A stretch of 64,000 nucleotides of DNA from NCBI GenBank assembly GCA_964035575.1, contig OZ037845.1, positions 310,001 through 374,000 of the forward strand, read 5' to 3'. Position 1 is the first letter of the stretch; each line of letters starts with the position of its first letter. Position numbers and translations under genes: made by a program. Below, piece by piece: positions 1-11,720 of the stretch. Under the pieces are notes generated by a model. The model ran no database searches. It saw nothing but the letters and a program-made list of their open reading frames with translations, and was not told where the DNA came from. The DNA is from Rhynchopus sp. YZ270_cl-10 (lineage: Eukaryota).

Positions 1-1
1 T

Positions 2-2425
2 GTAGTACGCAGCTGTTGCCTCCTCCAGACGTGTGTCCATCCCACGCACAAGCGCACCCAACGTGCCCCCTGACACGTACTCCATCAGGATGCAGAGACG
101 GCCCCCGACAGGGTCGAACACCACGTCCAGCATCTCTGTCAGGTGTGGGTGGCGCAGGCCCTTCAGCAGCTCTAACACCAGCTTAGCCTCCTCTGCGTCC
201 CGGCGCTGTGCACCGAGCTGCTCCTTCATCGCGAGATGGACGCCGTCGTCGAGCACACCCACGTACACTGCGCCGTACGCACCGACACCTATTTGCCGCG
301 TCTGCTTCCAGGAGTGGTGCGCTTTATGCGTTGGGCCGTCTACATGCGGTCCTGTGGGGAAGTTGCCTATGAGCTGCGCACCTGCTGAGACGACGCTGTT
401 CAGAAACTGTGTGTGCTGTTGCGACAGTGCTGTTTTGAGGATAGCTGTTTGCTGGCTGCCTTGAGTACCCATGATAAGCTGCGGGTCGTACGACCCTTGC
501 GTGGTGAGGAGCGGCTGGCTTGGCTGCGACTCGTCGTCCTGCTGTGCGGACTGCATCTGTTCCTCATCCTGCTCGCACAGCACCTTCGTCATCTCACTAC
601 CTTCCACGACATCTTCCACTACCCGTAGCCTCTTCCTCACGAGGTACACACAGAGACACCACCCCGCCAGCAGCAGCAACACACCACCGACCACCCCAAG
701 CACCAACGGCAGGTTGCTCGCTTGGGATGCTTCGGGCACTGGATCTGGTGTCTCCGTCTGCATGCTCACAAAAGGTGGTTCCATAGTAGGGACGTCGGTC
801 GGTTGAGACGGTTGAGACATTGGTTGGTCGGTTGCTACTGGTACCGGGGTGGTTGCGGGTGTGGGGATGTACGCCGTACAGCATGGGGCGATTTGTGTCC
901 TGCATGACGAGGCAACGTCGTTGCAGGGGAGCGTTTTGGAGTCTGTGGTCTTTTTGGTGCCGAAGGGGCAACGCACAATATCGCATGTGGGCATGAGGGA
1001 GCTGACGCAGCTGGTCAGCGCTGTGTACGAGTCTGGTGTCTTGGAGTTCCCCCAGACGGTAGGAGGGGCCGTGTTGTTGTAGTACGCAACGAAGCCGCGG
1101 TCCAACGGCAGCACCCACGCTACGTCGTGCAAAATCATGTTCGCGCCACGCCCCCCCGAGTCTGGACTGCCCCAGCTCACCACCGTGCCGTTCACGAAAC
1201 GCATGGCAAATGCCTGAGACTTCGGCGTGGTGTACACTGTGTCGATCTCAGTGTACCCAAGCAGCGTTGCCACAGAGCTGAGGCTGCCTCCAGACTGCTG
1301 CCTGCCCCAGGCAGTGATGCTCATCCAGTCGTCATGAAGAACGACGTACGCGTCTTTGTTGCTGAAGACAGTTTCGATGCCGACCAAACGGTTGGCACTG
1401 ATATTTGCTGCACCTTTTGTGTCACCCCAAACCACACCACGACGGTCCGACGTGACGTACAACGCAGCGTCTTCTGTGGTCCAGAGCGAGTCTGCTAGGA
1501 TGTTAGAGGTCGTAGTCATGGTATCGTACGGTGCGAGACGCATGCCTGATGAATTCGCCAGCCCGCCCTTCCCCCAGGACACAATATCACCACTCTGGCG
1601 CAGCGCGAGAAACACCGACGCACCGTCATACGGCGGCATGAAGATGTCCACGACGTCGGAAAGCAGGCCCTGCACGGAGGAGGAGTCGCCTCCAGCATCC
1701 TCCTTGCCCCAGGTGTAGACGGAACCGTCATCGAACAGCACTGCGTACGCTCCGGCACCGTGCCCCACCCATTTGCGGCTTGTTTTCCCACGAAGAATGA
1801 GGTCATTCGGACAGCCTTGCGTCTCGCTATTCGCGCCCCTGCAAATCGCCATTTCAGACTCGCCGTTCGCACCATAAAGCACCAACGAATCCGCCCCAGC
1901 AAGCGACCCTTCCGCAAAAAGCTCTTTCCCAGAAAGGTCAAACCTTCTGTCCGCATCACCAATGACAACCCCAGGGATGTACTCCCCTGAGGTCCCCATC
2001 GTCCAATTATCCACAAAATAGACTCCATTTCCGGTCGCAACAGGGATTTTGTCGGACCCAGGAAAGAAACTTTGGTTTGCAAGAAGGGTAAGTGGTGTGA
2101 AGGGGTCCGCTTCATTGCTGCCTAGCAGGATGGCTGAGGTGCCTTCATTTATGTCCCAAAGAAACAGCGCGCCGTAGTCAGATGTAACCACAGTGGGGAT
2201 TGTCCCAAGCGAGGCGGTGTAGTTGATAGGTGTAAAAGTAGTGCCCAACCCATAGAATCCTTCCTCTAGGTGGTACAACTGCACGCCACCCACTTCAGCG
2301 GAGCAGACCTGAAAGCAGCCTCCTTCGACACATCCTCCAGGGTGAGTCTCGTCAACAAAGGAAAAGATCTTACCAAAGACTCCTTGAAACAGCACGGTGA
2401 ATGCTAATAGGAGGGAACATCGCAT
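2..2425 (-). CDS. Receptor-like kinase paralog 1 (partial; C-terminus runs off the window start)
   Basis: ATG at 2425 reads MRCSLLLAFTVLFQGVFGKIFSFVDETHPGGCVEGGCFQVC (signal peptide + family Cys motif). It includes TCDIVRCP, TM LVLGVVGGVLLLLAGWCLCVYLV (~640-705) and the kinase N-lobe. The frame matches kinase sequence at position 1, and nt 1-291 are near-identical to 8319-8609. It is absent from the ORF track, consistent with no stop inside the window. Confidence 0.85.
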   Translation of the reverse strand, partial: MRCSLLLAFTVLFQGVFGKIFSFVDETHPGGCVEGGCFQVCSAEVGGVQLYHLEEGFYGLGTTFTPINYTASLGTIPTVVTSDYGALFLWDINEGTSAILLGSNEADPFTPLTLLANQSFFPGSDKIPVATGNGVYFVDNWTMGTSGEYIPGVVIGDADRRFDLSGKELFAEGSLAGADSLVLYGANGESEMAICRGANSETQGCPNDLILRGKTSRKWVGHGAGAYAVLFDDGSVYTWGKEDAGGDSSSVQGLLSDVVDIFMPPYDGASVFLALRQSGDIVSWGKGGLANSSGMRLAPYDTMTTTSNILADSLWTTEDAALYVTSDRRGVVWGDTKGAANISANRLVGIETVFSNKDAYVVLHDDWMSITAWGRQQSGGSLSSVATLLGYTEIDTVYTTPKSQAFAMRFVNGTVVSWGSPDSGGRGANMILHDVAWVLPLDRGFVAYYNNTAPPTVWGNSKTPDSYTALTSCVSSLMPTCDIVRCPFGTKKTTDSKTLPCNDVASSCRTQIAPCCTAYIPTPATTPVPVATDQPMSQPSQPTDVPTMEPPFVSMQTETPDPVPEASQASNLPLVLGVVGGVLLLLAGWCLCVYLVRKRLRVVEDVVEGSEMTKVLCEQDEEQMQSAQQDDESQPSQPLLTTQGSYDPQLIMGTQGSQQTAILKTALSQQHTQFLNSVVSAGAQLIGNFPTGPHVDGPTHKAHHSWKQTRQIGVGAYGAVYVGVLDDGVHLAMKEQLGAQRRDAEEAKLVLELLKGLRHPHLTEMLDVVFDPVGGRLCILMEYVSGGTLGALVRGMDTRLEEATAAYY

Positions 2426-3641
2426 AGGCGAATGGGGGGTGAAAGGGGGAAGGGGGAGGGGTGCAGTTGGAAAATGGGGGAGGCTGTGGGGAGAGAGAGA
2501 GAAAGGGAGGGGGAGCTAAAAAAGTCAAACAAATCCCTGTGGTTGAAGAGAGAAGAAATGTAGGTTGGAGGGGGGGTTTTTTTGTAAGAGAAGAAATAGA
2601 AAACGACTTCAGGATATGACAGTTAAATGAAATAAAGAAAACACTTTTCCGTTTATCGCACCGCAAAAGGTTTGTGTTTTTCACTGATGAATGTGAGTGA
2701 TGTTAGTGGGAAAACAATACGCTAAAGCGGGCACGCACCATCCGTCGTTTTCCATTTCTATTCGTCAATGCTTGATAACACAATAAAAAAAAAGGGGGGG
2801 ACAAAAAGTGAAAAAAAGGTTCTGTTCTTGTACTTTGTCACTCGAGTTACCATATTTTCACCAAACGGTGTGTAGGTTGGAGAGGGGGAGACATTGAAGA
2901 AAGAAAAAAAAATGGGTGCGGCTTTTTTTGATCAGAAACGCATGGAGAAAAAATCCCAAAAAAAAAAAAAAAAAATTCCGTAATAAAACGTGAAATACAA
3001 AAAGAAACGTGCAATATAAATGCCAGGCGCAGTAGGGTTGGGAGGGGGTATCGAACAAACGGCAGAGGGGAGGGGAGGGAAGGGTGCGGCACAAAAAAAA
3101 GAAAAAAAAAAAAGAAATTTTTTTTGCGTAAAGACTTAAAAGTGTGTAATAAATATTCTGTGGTGATATTTTTATTACTGCAATACGCTCCCACTGACTC
3201 CCTGGCCGTGAAGAGGAACCCTCTTTGAGGCCAAAAAATAAATTGGCCCCACGATTTTCCCAAAAAGAAGAAACGGATTCGCATAAACAGATTCTGAAAG
3301 GTGGTATTTTCCCCTGGTGGTAAACAAAGGTTGTGTGTGTTTTAAAAGCAAATATGGGCAGCCCTAAAGGCGAACCATTGCATAGGAAAGATTGTGTCGC
3401 GTGTGTGTTGGGTGTCGAGACACTGACACACCATCACACACTGATAAAAAAAAAAAAAAAGAACAAAGTGAAGTGAAGATTCCCTAAGCCTCCACTGCTT
3501 AGTCGCCACAACAAATAAAGCCTCAAAAAAGGGCTAAATTTGTATGAAACAAAAAGTTTGCGACGCGCAAAAATAAAAAAAAAATAAACCCTCTGGAGCG
3601 TGTTCTCTTAAAAAAAAAGGGGGAAAATAAGAAAAGTTTAT

Positions 3642-3676
3642 AAGATGATCCTAAGCCTCTCGTGCTCGGTCACCTT
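3642..3676 (-). repeat. Dispersed hairpin family A (representative copy)
   Basis: Plus-strand consensus AAGATGA(A/T/C)CCTAAGCCTCTCGTGCTTAGTCACCTT. Other copies near 3477, 4430, 11580, 16915, 25162, 38095, 38228, 41050, 41788, 42770, 43690, 43970, 44113, 44267, 44472, 61496. Confidence 0.85.
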
Positions 3677-5134
3677 AAATAAGAATAAAACCTGATTCAG
3701 TGCTACACACACGTCTTGAAGGAAAGAGAGAAAAGTGAGGTTGGCAGTCAAGTGCAAAACGCCTGTGATGTTTTTAACGGAGTGTACCATAGAGTGGTGT
3801 ATGTTTGATCTCCAAACAAAGGCGCCAAATTGAAGGGAAAAAAATCCTCAAATCCGCCAAACGTAAGTTTTTTCCCCTCACAATTAGTTTTTTGTGTCGC
3901 CTCATGAAATGAAGGAATAAATAGAGCATTTTGAACACATTTTGCGGTTCTAGGGACGAACCGCGCTGCAGAGAGCCCTCAGCAAACAGGTTGAGGTGTG
4001 TGCGTTTTCAACACAACCTCTCCCATGGGGCTTTTTAGGTGTCAGGAGTGTTAAGTTTCTATTTCGTTGTACCGGCCCTGCGTTGCTCTCTGAGAGACGA
4101 AGAACGAAAGGTAAAATGGAAGCTTTTACAAAACTGCGAGTTAGTGTTTTTTGTGCGGGTTACCGCCCCCATTTTGTGGTGCACACCAAGGGGATTCGCG
4201 GAAAATGGTGGGCTGGCGTATCACAGAACAGATTCATCGTGTTGGTGTGATTCAATAAAAAGATAGCATAGTGAGTACTTCACGAAAAAAAAAACAAAAA
4301 ATGTTTTGATGCAGATTCATTTTTTAGTAATTTGGCACCCTTTTTCGGAACCTCAGTTTCAATGGGCGATTGGAGCGCTTCTAAGCTCAAAGGTAACCAA
4401 AAAAGGCAAAATGAAATAAAACGTTTGAAAAGATGAACGGAAGCTCTTCTTGTGCTTAGTCATCTTGAAATAAAGGGATAACATAAACTACGCCATTTAC
4501 CACACAAAAAAACTTGAGAAAATGAGAACAAAATGTTGAGAAATGCAGACACGATGCTTTCGGAAGTCGGTCAACGACCTGTCAGCGACGTGTCACGACC
4601 TGTCGGTGAACTGTCGGCGACCTGTCAATATCGACCCTCCCGGAGCACCAACAATACGTTTTTTTTTTTTAAATAATCTGTTGTCTAGTGGTGGCCACAT
4701 TACATCTTCACCATATTTTACCGCTCCACTGCACTCCTCCGTTGAAACACGTTCATTTAAAAGAGTAAAATTGAAAAACGACGTGCGCAGAAAAAAAAAG
4801 AACACGTCTGTTCCCACAGTTTTCCGTTTTTCTGTCGTGTCGGCAATCACCCACCGGGGCAGGATCTGCACTCATTGTCACCCGAAGGATGCTTTGAAAT
4901 GATGTATGAGGTGCTGGTTTTCGTTTTCTTTTCTTGATAAATTGTTGGAGCAGTGCAGTTTGCCTCAAGCTGTGTTGCCACAGTTTTGTTGCGATTCTCC
5001 ACTTTCCTTACTCCATTTCTTGCATTTTTCCATACTAAACTACAGAAAAAAAACGGGTGTTGGTACGTCACAAAAATTACCTTTTTTGAGCGGGAAGAAA
5101 CACAAAAACGTCGAGCAATGGTCGGAACCAGACG

Positions 5135-5165
<31 letters not shown>

Positions 5166-6810
5166 AAATTTGGGTTACGGAACCCAAATCACACCAAGCA
5201 ATGAAAGGACACAAAAACCATGGGGTCGTGGTCGCAACGCCTCTACAGACGTGACCTACAGAACCAAATAGATAACAGTTGGCAAGACGAACGTTCCCCC
5301 CTCTGTGCCGAGTCATGATGTGCACTTCAAAAAAAAGCCCACAATAGACAACTCCTCCTCTAACAGAAGAAGAACCCAGGCGGAGCTTTCTTTTGACAAT
5401 CCGATGACGGTCACGCAATACATATTTGCTCCTTGACAGGAAATAACGCTTGAAAGACAAAAGAGACTTCATGGCCCCAATTGCCGTTCCCGTGGATGAA
5501 AAACTGTTATACTGCGTCAAATTTTCACAAAAAATAAAATATAAGAAAATGTATGCAACAAAAGTTGTTTTCCCCCAGAACTCCACAGCGTGATTGCACC
5601 GTGCATGCTGTATTCAGGCCAATAAAATGAAGAAACCTTGTAAAATGTATTGTCGTTAACAGTAGGCGTGGATACCATGCAAACAAAGTCGAAAGTGCAA
5701 AGACACATACTATGCAGTGCGTATACAAAAGGACAGCGAGAAGAATCGTGTCGCCCACCTGGGTCAGGCCCAGTCAGGGCTCAATTCTGCTGTCGAGCAA
5801 AATAAACAAATAAAAGTTGAAAGACAAAGCTCTCTCGTGACAGTGTACCTAAAACAAAAGGTCTGAAAAGGTGGCTGCACATCTTTCACGAACAGTGAAG
5901 GGAGACCCACACCACATGGGCGTGGTAAAGATTTTTTTTTTTTTTTTTGAAAACTCGGTTTGTATTAGTGTAACCACCCTAGACTAGGGCCTAGAGTGTA
6001 CTCCACTATATTTTTTTTTCTTTCTTTTCTTTTTGGATGAAGTTGTGAAAACAGAGGAGAGTCCCCAAGTAGTAACGCGGAATCCAAAACCTAAATGGAT
6101 TGACAAAACACAGAAACGAATGAACAAATACCATAGCAGAACTGACGGTGTGATTTTCGGACAAGAACATCACATGTATAGGTGTGGTGCGCGGGGCTGA
6201 CGTCCTGAGGACAAGAAGAACAAAACGAAAGCTTGAAATGAACGTGGCTCACTAGCACACACATCTTTACAAAAATAAAAGACAAAGTTCATAAGACCTC
6301 TCTTAGTCACCTACAAAAACGCACCCAACAGTGCAGACTCAAAGTGAGGGAGTGTGCAACGCATGTCACGAAAGGAAGCAAGATGTGTGCCAAAGGGGTG
6401 TCCTTGTCACAGCAGGCTTTGGCTATCCTCGTGCGACAGACAGAGGCACTCGTAAAACGGAGATAATTCTCTTTCCGTTAACAGACGGTAAACACACAAC
6501 AACCGCCTCTATAGCATCTATATGCAGTACCGAGCGCACCTCGCTCTTACCCGTTTGCTAGTCAAAGCTAACTCGAACCTCAAAACGCTAATAAAAAAAA
6601 AAAAAAAAAAAAAACAGATAAATAGACAAATGCAGCAACGTAAACAAAAGCGGAATAAAATATGAAATCTGTCTTGAGCTGTGAAAAGAAGCAACTCAAA
6701 CTCCAACACAAAACAAACCGGCAAACCCCTCACTACACTAAGTGAACGAATAAAGGGTTTTGTAGCCTTCCCCCCCCCTACCCCACCCGAACCCCGACCA
6801 AGACAGAAGT

Positions 6811-9800
6811 CTAACTGACTGGCTCCGCAGAGAATGCAAAAAAGCCGTCTTCGAGAAGCTCCGTCGCTGACGGACGCGTACATGCATCACGTATAAAGCA
6901 TCTCCTCAAGACGCCCTGTAGTTGGTGCGACACTCCTGCAGGCAGAGGCGGGCCCTCCGTGGAGTGCAAGATGCGGCAGATGGTCTCGTGTGTGGCCTCC
7001 GGCACCACAGGCTTCCAAGGTGTGACACCAAGCATCTCGACAATAGTGCATCCCAAAGACCAGATGTCGCATCGTGTGCCGTACTCCTCGGATTGCCCAG
7101 CGTGCTTCTGCTGCTGCAGCACCTCGGGTGCCATCCAAAAGGGTGTGCCCACACACGTCTGTGCACCATGTGCACCAAACGTCTCGTCCCCCTCCTCATC
7201 AAACAGCTTGCTGCAGCCAAAGTCAGACAGCTTCACCGTCGCGTCAATCGACAGCAGAAGGTTGTCTGCCTTCACGTCGCGGTGTGCAATCGCAGAGCGC
7301 CCGTTGTTCCCGCTGTGCAGGTACGCCAGTCCCAGAAGCACGTGGCGTGTGTACTCACGCACTGTGTCCTCGTCCAGTGCTGCCTTCCGTGCACGCAGCA
7401 GGCTCTTCACAGACCCACCAGGCATGTACTCCATGAAGATCTCAAGACACGACGCATCACGCCACATGTGTCCCAGGTACTGCACAACGTGTGGGTGGTG
7501 CAGGGATCGCATCAGAGTGAACTCCTGTTCCACACGCATCCGTGCCTTTGCCGAGTGTGACGCACCCAACTGCATCTCCTTCACTGCCACATGCCGGTCT
7601 GACCCCTTCAGTGACGCAAGGTAAACAACCCCAAACGACCCCTTCCCCAGTGCAGGACGCATCTTCTTGCACGTCTTCATCTCATCCGGCTGCAGCCACA
7701 TCTTCTCAGGAGGCACCGACACAGGCGCAGACGGCTTTGCAGACATCGTCCCCTCCACCCACAGCGCAATGAAGGGGTGGCGCAGAAGCTCAGGTGCGTC
7801 GTCACGTTCGCTTGGGTCCTTCGTCAGACACTTCCAGATGAAGTCGTGTGCAGACGTCGACACGTCCTCCACCACGTTCTCTGGTGGGTATGCGGGTGCG
7901 TTCATCATTGCAGCCCACAGGTTCGCACAGTCGGCCTTCCCAGGAGGCACACCCTTGTTCAACACCTCCGACACTGTGCACCCCAAGCTGTAGATGTCTG
8001 CAGGTGTCCCTGCCGTCACGAACCCTGTCCCGCATGCAAGCACCTCGGGTGCGATCCAGTTCGGACTCCCCACCTGTGTGTTCCCACATGTCGACATCGT
8101 CGCGTTGCTGAAAGGCATTCCCGCAGCAGGAGAGAACGGCATTGCTGCAGGTGAGGGCAGCTTCCCCCAGTCCGCATCGCTGTTGAGCTTCTTCAAGGAA
8201 CCAAAGTCGCACAGCTTTGCCGTCCCCTCTGGTGTCAGCAGGATGTTGTCGCCCTTGATGTCCCTGTGCACAACTTCGTTGCTGTGCAGAAACGACAGTG
8301 CCTGCAGCACTTGGTGGATGTAGTACGCAGCTGTTGCCTCCTCCAGACGTGTGTCCATCCCACGCACAAGCGCACCCAACGTGCCCCCCGACACGTACTC
8401 CATCAGGATGCAGAGACGGCCCCCGACAGGGTCGAACACCATGTCCAGCATCTCTGTCAGGTGTGGGTGGCGCAGGCCTTTCAGCAGCTCCAACACCAGC
8501 TTAGCCTCCTCTGCGTCCCGGCGCTGTGCACCGAGCTGCTCCTTCATCGCGAGATGGACGCCGTCGTCGAGCACACCCACGTACACTGCGCCGTACGCAC
8601 CGACACCTACTTGGCTCACCTTTGTCCACGAGGCGTACTCGCACGACGGACCTGACACCTCAGGCCCACGGGGCAGGTGCCCCACTAGTGAAACACCCGT
8701 GGAGAAGATAGTGTCGTTGACTGGCCTGGGAGACCCTATGTTGGGTTCGTTGCTGCTTGCGACGTCGCTCTGTGGGGGGAAGGACCCTGCTGACTGCGAG
8801 GTGTAGTAGCTGGTGTGTGTTGTGAGGTGCGCGGTTGTGGGCACGTCGTCGTCCTCTTTGCTGCGCATCTCCTCCCCCGAAAAGAGCGAGGCTGTCATGT
8901 CCGACGGCGTTGCGAAGGGCTTGCCGTCACGCGCTGTCTGCCTTCTCTTCAACACCAACAACACGACACCGCAGAAAGCTACCGACAACAACGCTGCAGC
9001 AGCTGCCAGCAGTGCTATGTTCACCGGCCCAGCAGTGGCTGGAGTGTCCCCTGACGACGGAAGTGGCACACTCGTAGACGGAGCCACAGACGGTGGTATG
9101 CTCGTCTCCGGCTCTTCGGTATCTGGTACTAACGTCGCCGGTACCGGGTAACCGGGCGGAGCTGGGTAAAAGGGCGGAGATGGTAATCCGTTGTCTGGTG
9201 TATCCGTCCAGACAGGGGTGGGTTCAAATGAAACACCTGGTTCTGCGGATGGCGGGGCCGCTGATGACGGGACCGGTGTGTCGGTCTCCTCGAACGGCCA
9301 GAGCTCCTCACAGCAGCGTTCGTAGTTGTTTCGGCACTCTGTGCCGCGGAGGCCGCATATGATTTCGTTCGCCCTCCATTTTGGGTACCACCCCCAGGGA
9401 CAACGTACAACCGAGCACGTGGGCAGCATCCCTGCGTAACACCCTGAGATGAACGCACTCCCTTCCACGTACTCACCCCACCCCACCGTACTCCCATCCT
9501 CCATGAATCCAATAAAGCCGTACTCAGTGGGCAACACCCAGTCAACCTCTTGTAGGACATTGCCTATCACGTCTTGATCTTCCCCACCCCACACCACTAC
9601 CGTTCCGTCCTGGAATCGGAGCGCAAATTTTGTGCAGTCGAGTGTCGTGTAGATCATGTCGATGTAGCGTTCCTGGTCGAGGAGCTCCTTGACGATGGCT
9701 GGGATGAGTGCGCCAGAGAAGGCGGAGCCGAAGGCAGTGATGCGGAGTGTATCGGAATGCAACACAACGAACGCCTCTTTGTTGGGATAGATCGCAAGCA

Positions 9801-10863
9801 CGTCGTCCAGGTCTCCTGGGTCTGCTGATGGGTCTGCCACCTCCACCATGCCCCAGGCGACTGCAGAGTCGTCGTCGTTTATTAGCATTGCACCCTCATC
9901 ATTCAAGAACAGATTCTGAAACCCCGGGTACACAGTAAACGCAAAATCGCTGTCCACCTGGGAGATGTCTGCTGCTGCACCCCCACCCCAGGCTACTAGC
10001 ATTCCGGTGTATTTGACGGCAAAAAACACCTCAGATTTGGCTCCTGGGGCTGCATAGATGTCTTGCACATTGGAGCGAAGGTGGTACGCGACGGTGCTGG
10101 CATCACCTCCACACGCAGGGTCGCCCCAAGACACGACGCTGCCATCATCGTACAGAGCTGCGTAGGCCCCGCAACCAGCGGAAACAATCTTGATGGGTTT
10201 GTTGTTGTCTAATAAGCCAGGACACCCTTCTGCTTCGTAGCCACCTTGATCGGTGCTGCCAAAGCATTTTATTTCCACCTCCACATCACTCACACGATCA
10301 ATCACCGCGAACGAACAGTACGCAGACACCACAAAACTCACATTCGCAAAATACTGCTCAGCAAACCCCCACAGCCCGTCCACCTCCCCCCACGCCATCA
10401 GCACCCCGTCCCCGATTCCAATGTACGCCCCACACCCCGCACCCACTACCGCCCGAAACGCGCTGTTCCGCACATTGTTAGGGGTGTTCACGTAGTCCGC
10501 AGGGTCGTCATGCGTGACAGACGATCCGAGGGTGATCGTGTAAGGGTAATCACTGCGCTGCAGCGCTACCCCGTACTCAGTCGCAATAACATTGGTAACA
10601 CTTTCAGACCATTTGACGACGTCGCGTCCAGGGGAGTTGGACCCAGAGAAAATCCCCTGTACATTCTCATCGGAGTCGATCATTTGAACACGGCCGTCTG
10701 TACAGAGTTGGTAGCAACCTCCTATCACGCAGGCACCAGGGTACTTTGGATTTGATGGATACTTCAAAAATCCGCCTGAAGCGCAAGGGCATGCGTTCAG
10801 GAGCAGAACCGTGGCGATGCTAAGGGTAGCAGAGTACGGCATTCTGGTGTGTAAAGATGCCAT
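6811..10863 (-). CDS. Receptor-like tandem kinase paralog 2 (RCC1-like ectodomain, TM, two MAP3K-like domains)
   Basis: ORF 6811-10878; first ATG 10863 (alternative 10842). Signal peptide, GACVIGGCYQLC, repeats such as AYAALYDDGSVVSWGDPACGGD, Pro-rich stalk, TM IALLAAAAALLSVAFCGVVLLVL. Two kinase domains (HRDIKGDN/DFG/APE and HRDVKADN/DFG/GTPFWMAPE). Confidence 0.92.
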   Translation of the reverse strand: MASLHTRMPYSATLSIATVLLLNACPCASGGFLKYPSNPKYPGACVIGGCYQLCTDGRVQMIDSDENVQGIFSGSNSPGRDVVKWSESVTNVIATEYGVALQRSDYPYTITLGSSVTHDDPADYVNTPNNVRNSAFRAVVGAGCGAYIGIGDGVLMAWGEVDGLWGFAEQYFANVSFVVSAYCSFAVIDRVSDVEVEIKCFGSTDQGGYEAEGCPGLLDNNKPIKIVSAGCGAYAALYDDGSVVSWGDPACGGDASTVAYHLRSNVQDIYAAPGAKSEVFFAVKYTGMLVAWGGGAAADISQVDSDFAFTVYPGFQNLFLNDEGAMLINDDDSAVAWGMVEVADPSADPGDLDDVLAIYPNKEAFVVLHSDTLRITAFGSAFSGALIPAIVKELLDQERYIDMIYTTLDCTKFALRFQDGTVVVWGGEDQDVIGNVLQEVDWVLPTEYGFIGFMEDGSTVGWGEYVEGSAFISGCYAGMLPTCSVVRCPWGWYPKWRANEIICGLRGTECRNNYERCCEELWPFEETDTPVPSSAAPPSAEPGVSFEPTPVWTDTPDNGLPSPPFYPAPPGYPVPATLVPDTEEPETSIPPSVAPSTSVPLPSSGDTPATAGPVNIALLAAAAALLSVAFCGVVLLVLKRRQTARDGKPFATPSDMTASLFSGEEMRSKEDDDVPTTAHLTTHTSYYTSQSAGSFPPQSDVASSNEPNIGSPRPVNDTIFSTGVSLVGHLPRGPEVSGPSCEYASWTKVSQVGVGAYGAVYVGVLDDGVHLAMKEQLGAQRRDAEEAKLVLELLKGLRHPHLTEMLDMVFDPVGGRLCILMEYVSGGTLGALVRGMDTRLEEATAAYYIHQVLQALSFLHSNEVVHRDIKGDNILLTPEGTAKLCDFGSLKKLNSDADWGKLPSPAAMPFSPAAGMPFSNATMSTCGNTQVGSPNWIAPEVLACGTGFVTAGTPADIYSLGCTVSEVLNKGVPPGKADCANLWAAMMNAPAYPPENVVEDVSTSAHDFIWKCLTKDPSERDDAPELLRHPFIALWVEGTMSAKPSAPVSVPPEKMWLQPDEMKTCKKMRPALGKGSFGVVYLASLKGSDRHVAVKEMQLGASHSAKARMRVEQEFTLMRSLHHPHVVQYLGHMWRDASCLEIFMEYMPGGSVKSLLRARKAALDEDTVREYTRHVLLGLAYLHSGNNGRSAIAHRDVKADNLLLSIDATVKLSDFGCSKLFDEEGDETFGAHGAQTCVGTPFWMAPEVLQQQKHAGQSEEYGTRCDIWSLGCTIVEMLGVTPWKPVVPEATHETICRILHSTEGPPLPAGVSHQLQGVLRRCFIRDACTRPSATELLEDGFFAFSAEPVS

Positions 10864-11498
10864 CAAAGGGGGGGTCAAACCCCCTCGCTCTGTGGTGTGG
10901 TGTGATTAATGTAGAATAGGCAAGGTCTCACCAAACTATGGCCCACTTCTGCGTGGTGTGGTTTTGATGCCTAGTGAGGGAAATACGGTGTAAAGAGTTA
11001 TCTTCATTCACAAGAAAACGGAAACGAAACAGGGGGGAGAGTGTGTTAGTTGTACGCTATTAATTCTTGCGCAGAATATGGCCCCTATCGTGTGGTCTGG
11101 TTTTGTAACGTAGAGTGGGTAACGCCTGAACAGAGTATAGCCCACCCCTTATGTGGTGTTTGATGCCTAGTGAGGGTAATTCTTGCGCAGAAATGTATGT
11201 GGTGGGGGAAAAAGATCCTTTTTTTAGTTTTGTGACAAAAAAAAAATCTTCGGAATTTCCTGGGGAGGAGGGGGAGGTGTGTGGAGCTCAGCTCTGTTTC
11301 ACACAAAAAAGACATTGTTCAAAAACAACTACATAAAACATCCCCTTGGGGACGGTAGTGATCAGCCAGACAATATTTTCTTTGGTTTGACCTAGGAAAG
11401 AGAACACAGGAGAGTCTCATTGACATTGATACCAAAGAAAAGAGAAAAAATGTATCGACAAGATGAACCTAGGGCCTCCTTAGCCAAAAAAGAAATTG

Positions 11499-11556
11499 TT
11501 TCATATACTAACTATTCTACTGAATAGATGGTATAATAGGGTGCACTAAATGTACC
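11499..11556. repeat. Dispersed repeat with a CTATTC-TACT-GAATAG hairpin
   Basis: Copies at 11499, 11913 and 15029, all in the same orientation. Confidence 0.7.
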
Positions 11557-11689
11557 ACCAAAAAGAAAGAAAAGTTTATAAGATGAACCTAAGCTCGTGC
11601 TTAGTCATCCCAGAAAAAATAGTAACCCATACTGCAGGATCATAGGTATTTTTATTGCATACCCCCACTGCAACAAAAAATGTGAATTC

Positions 11690-11720
<31 letters not shown>

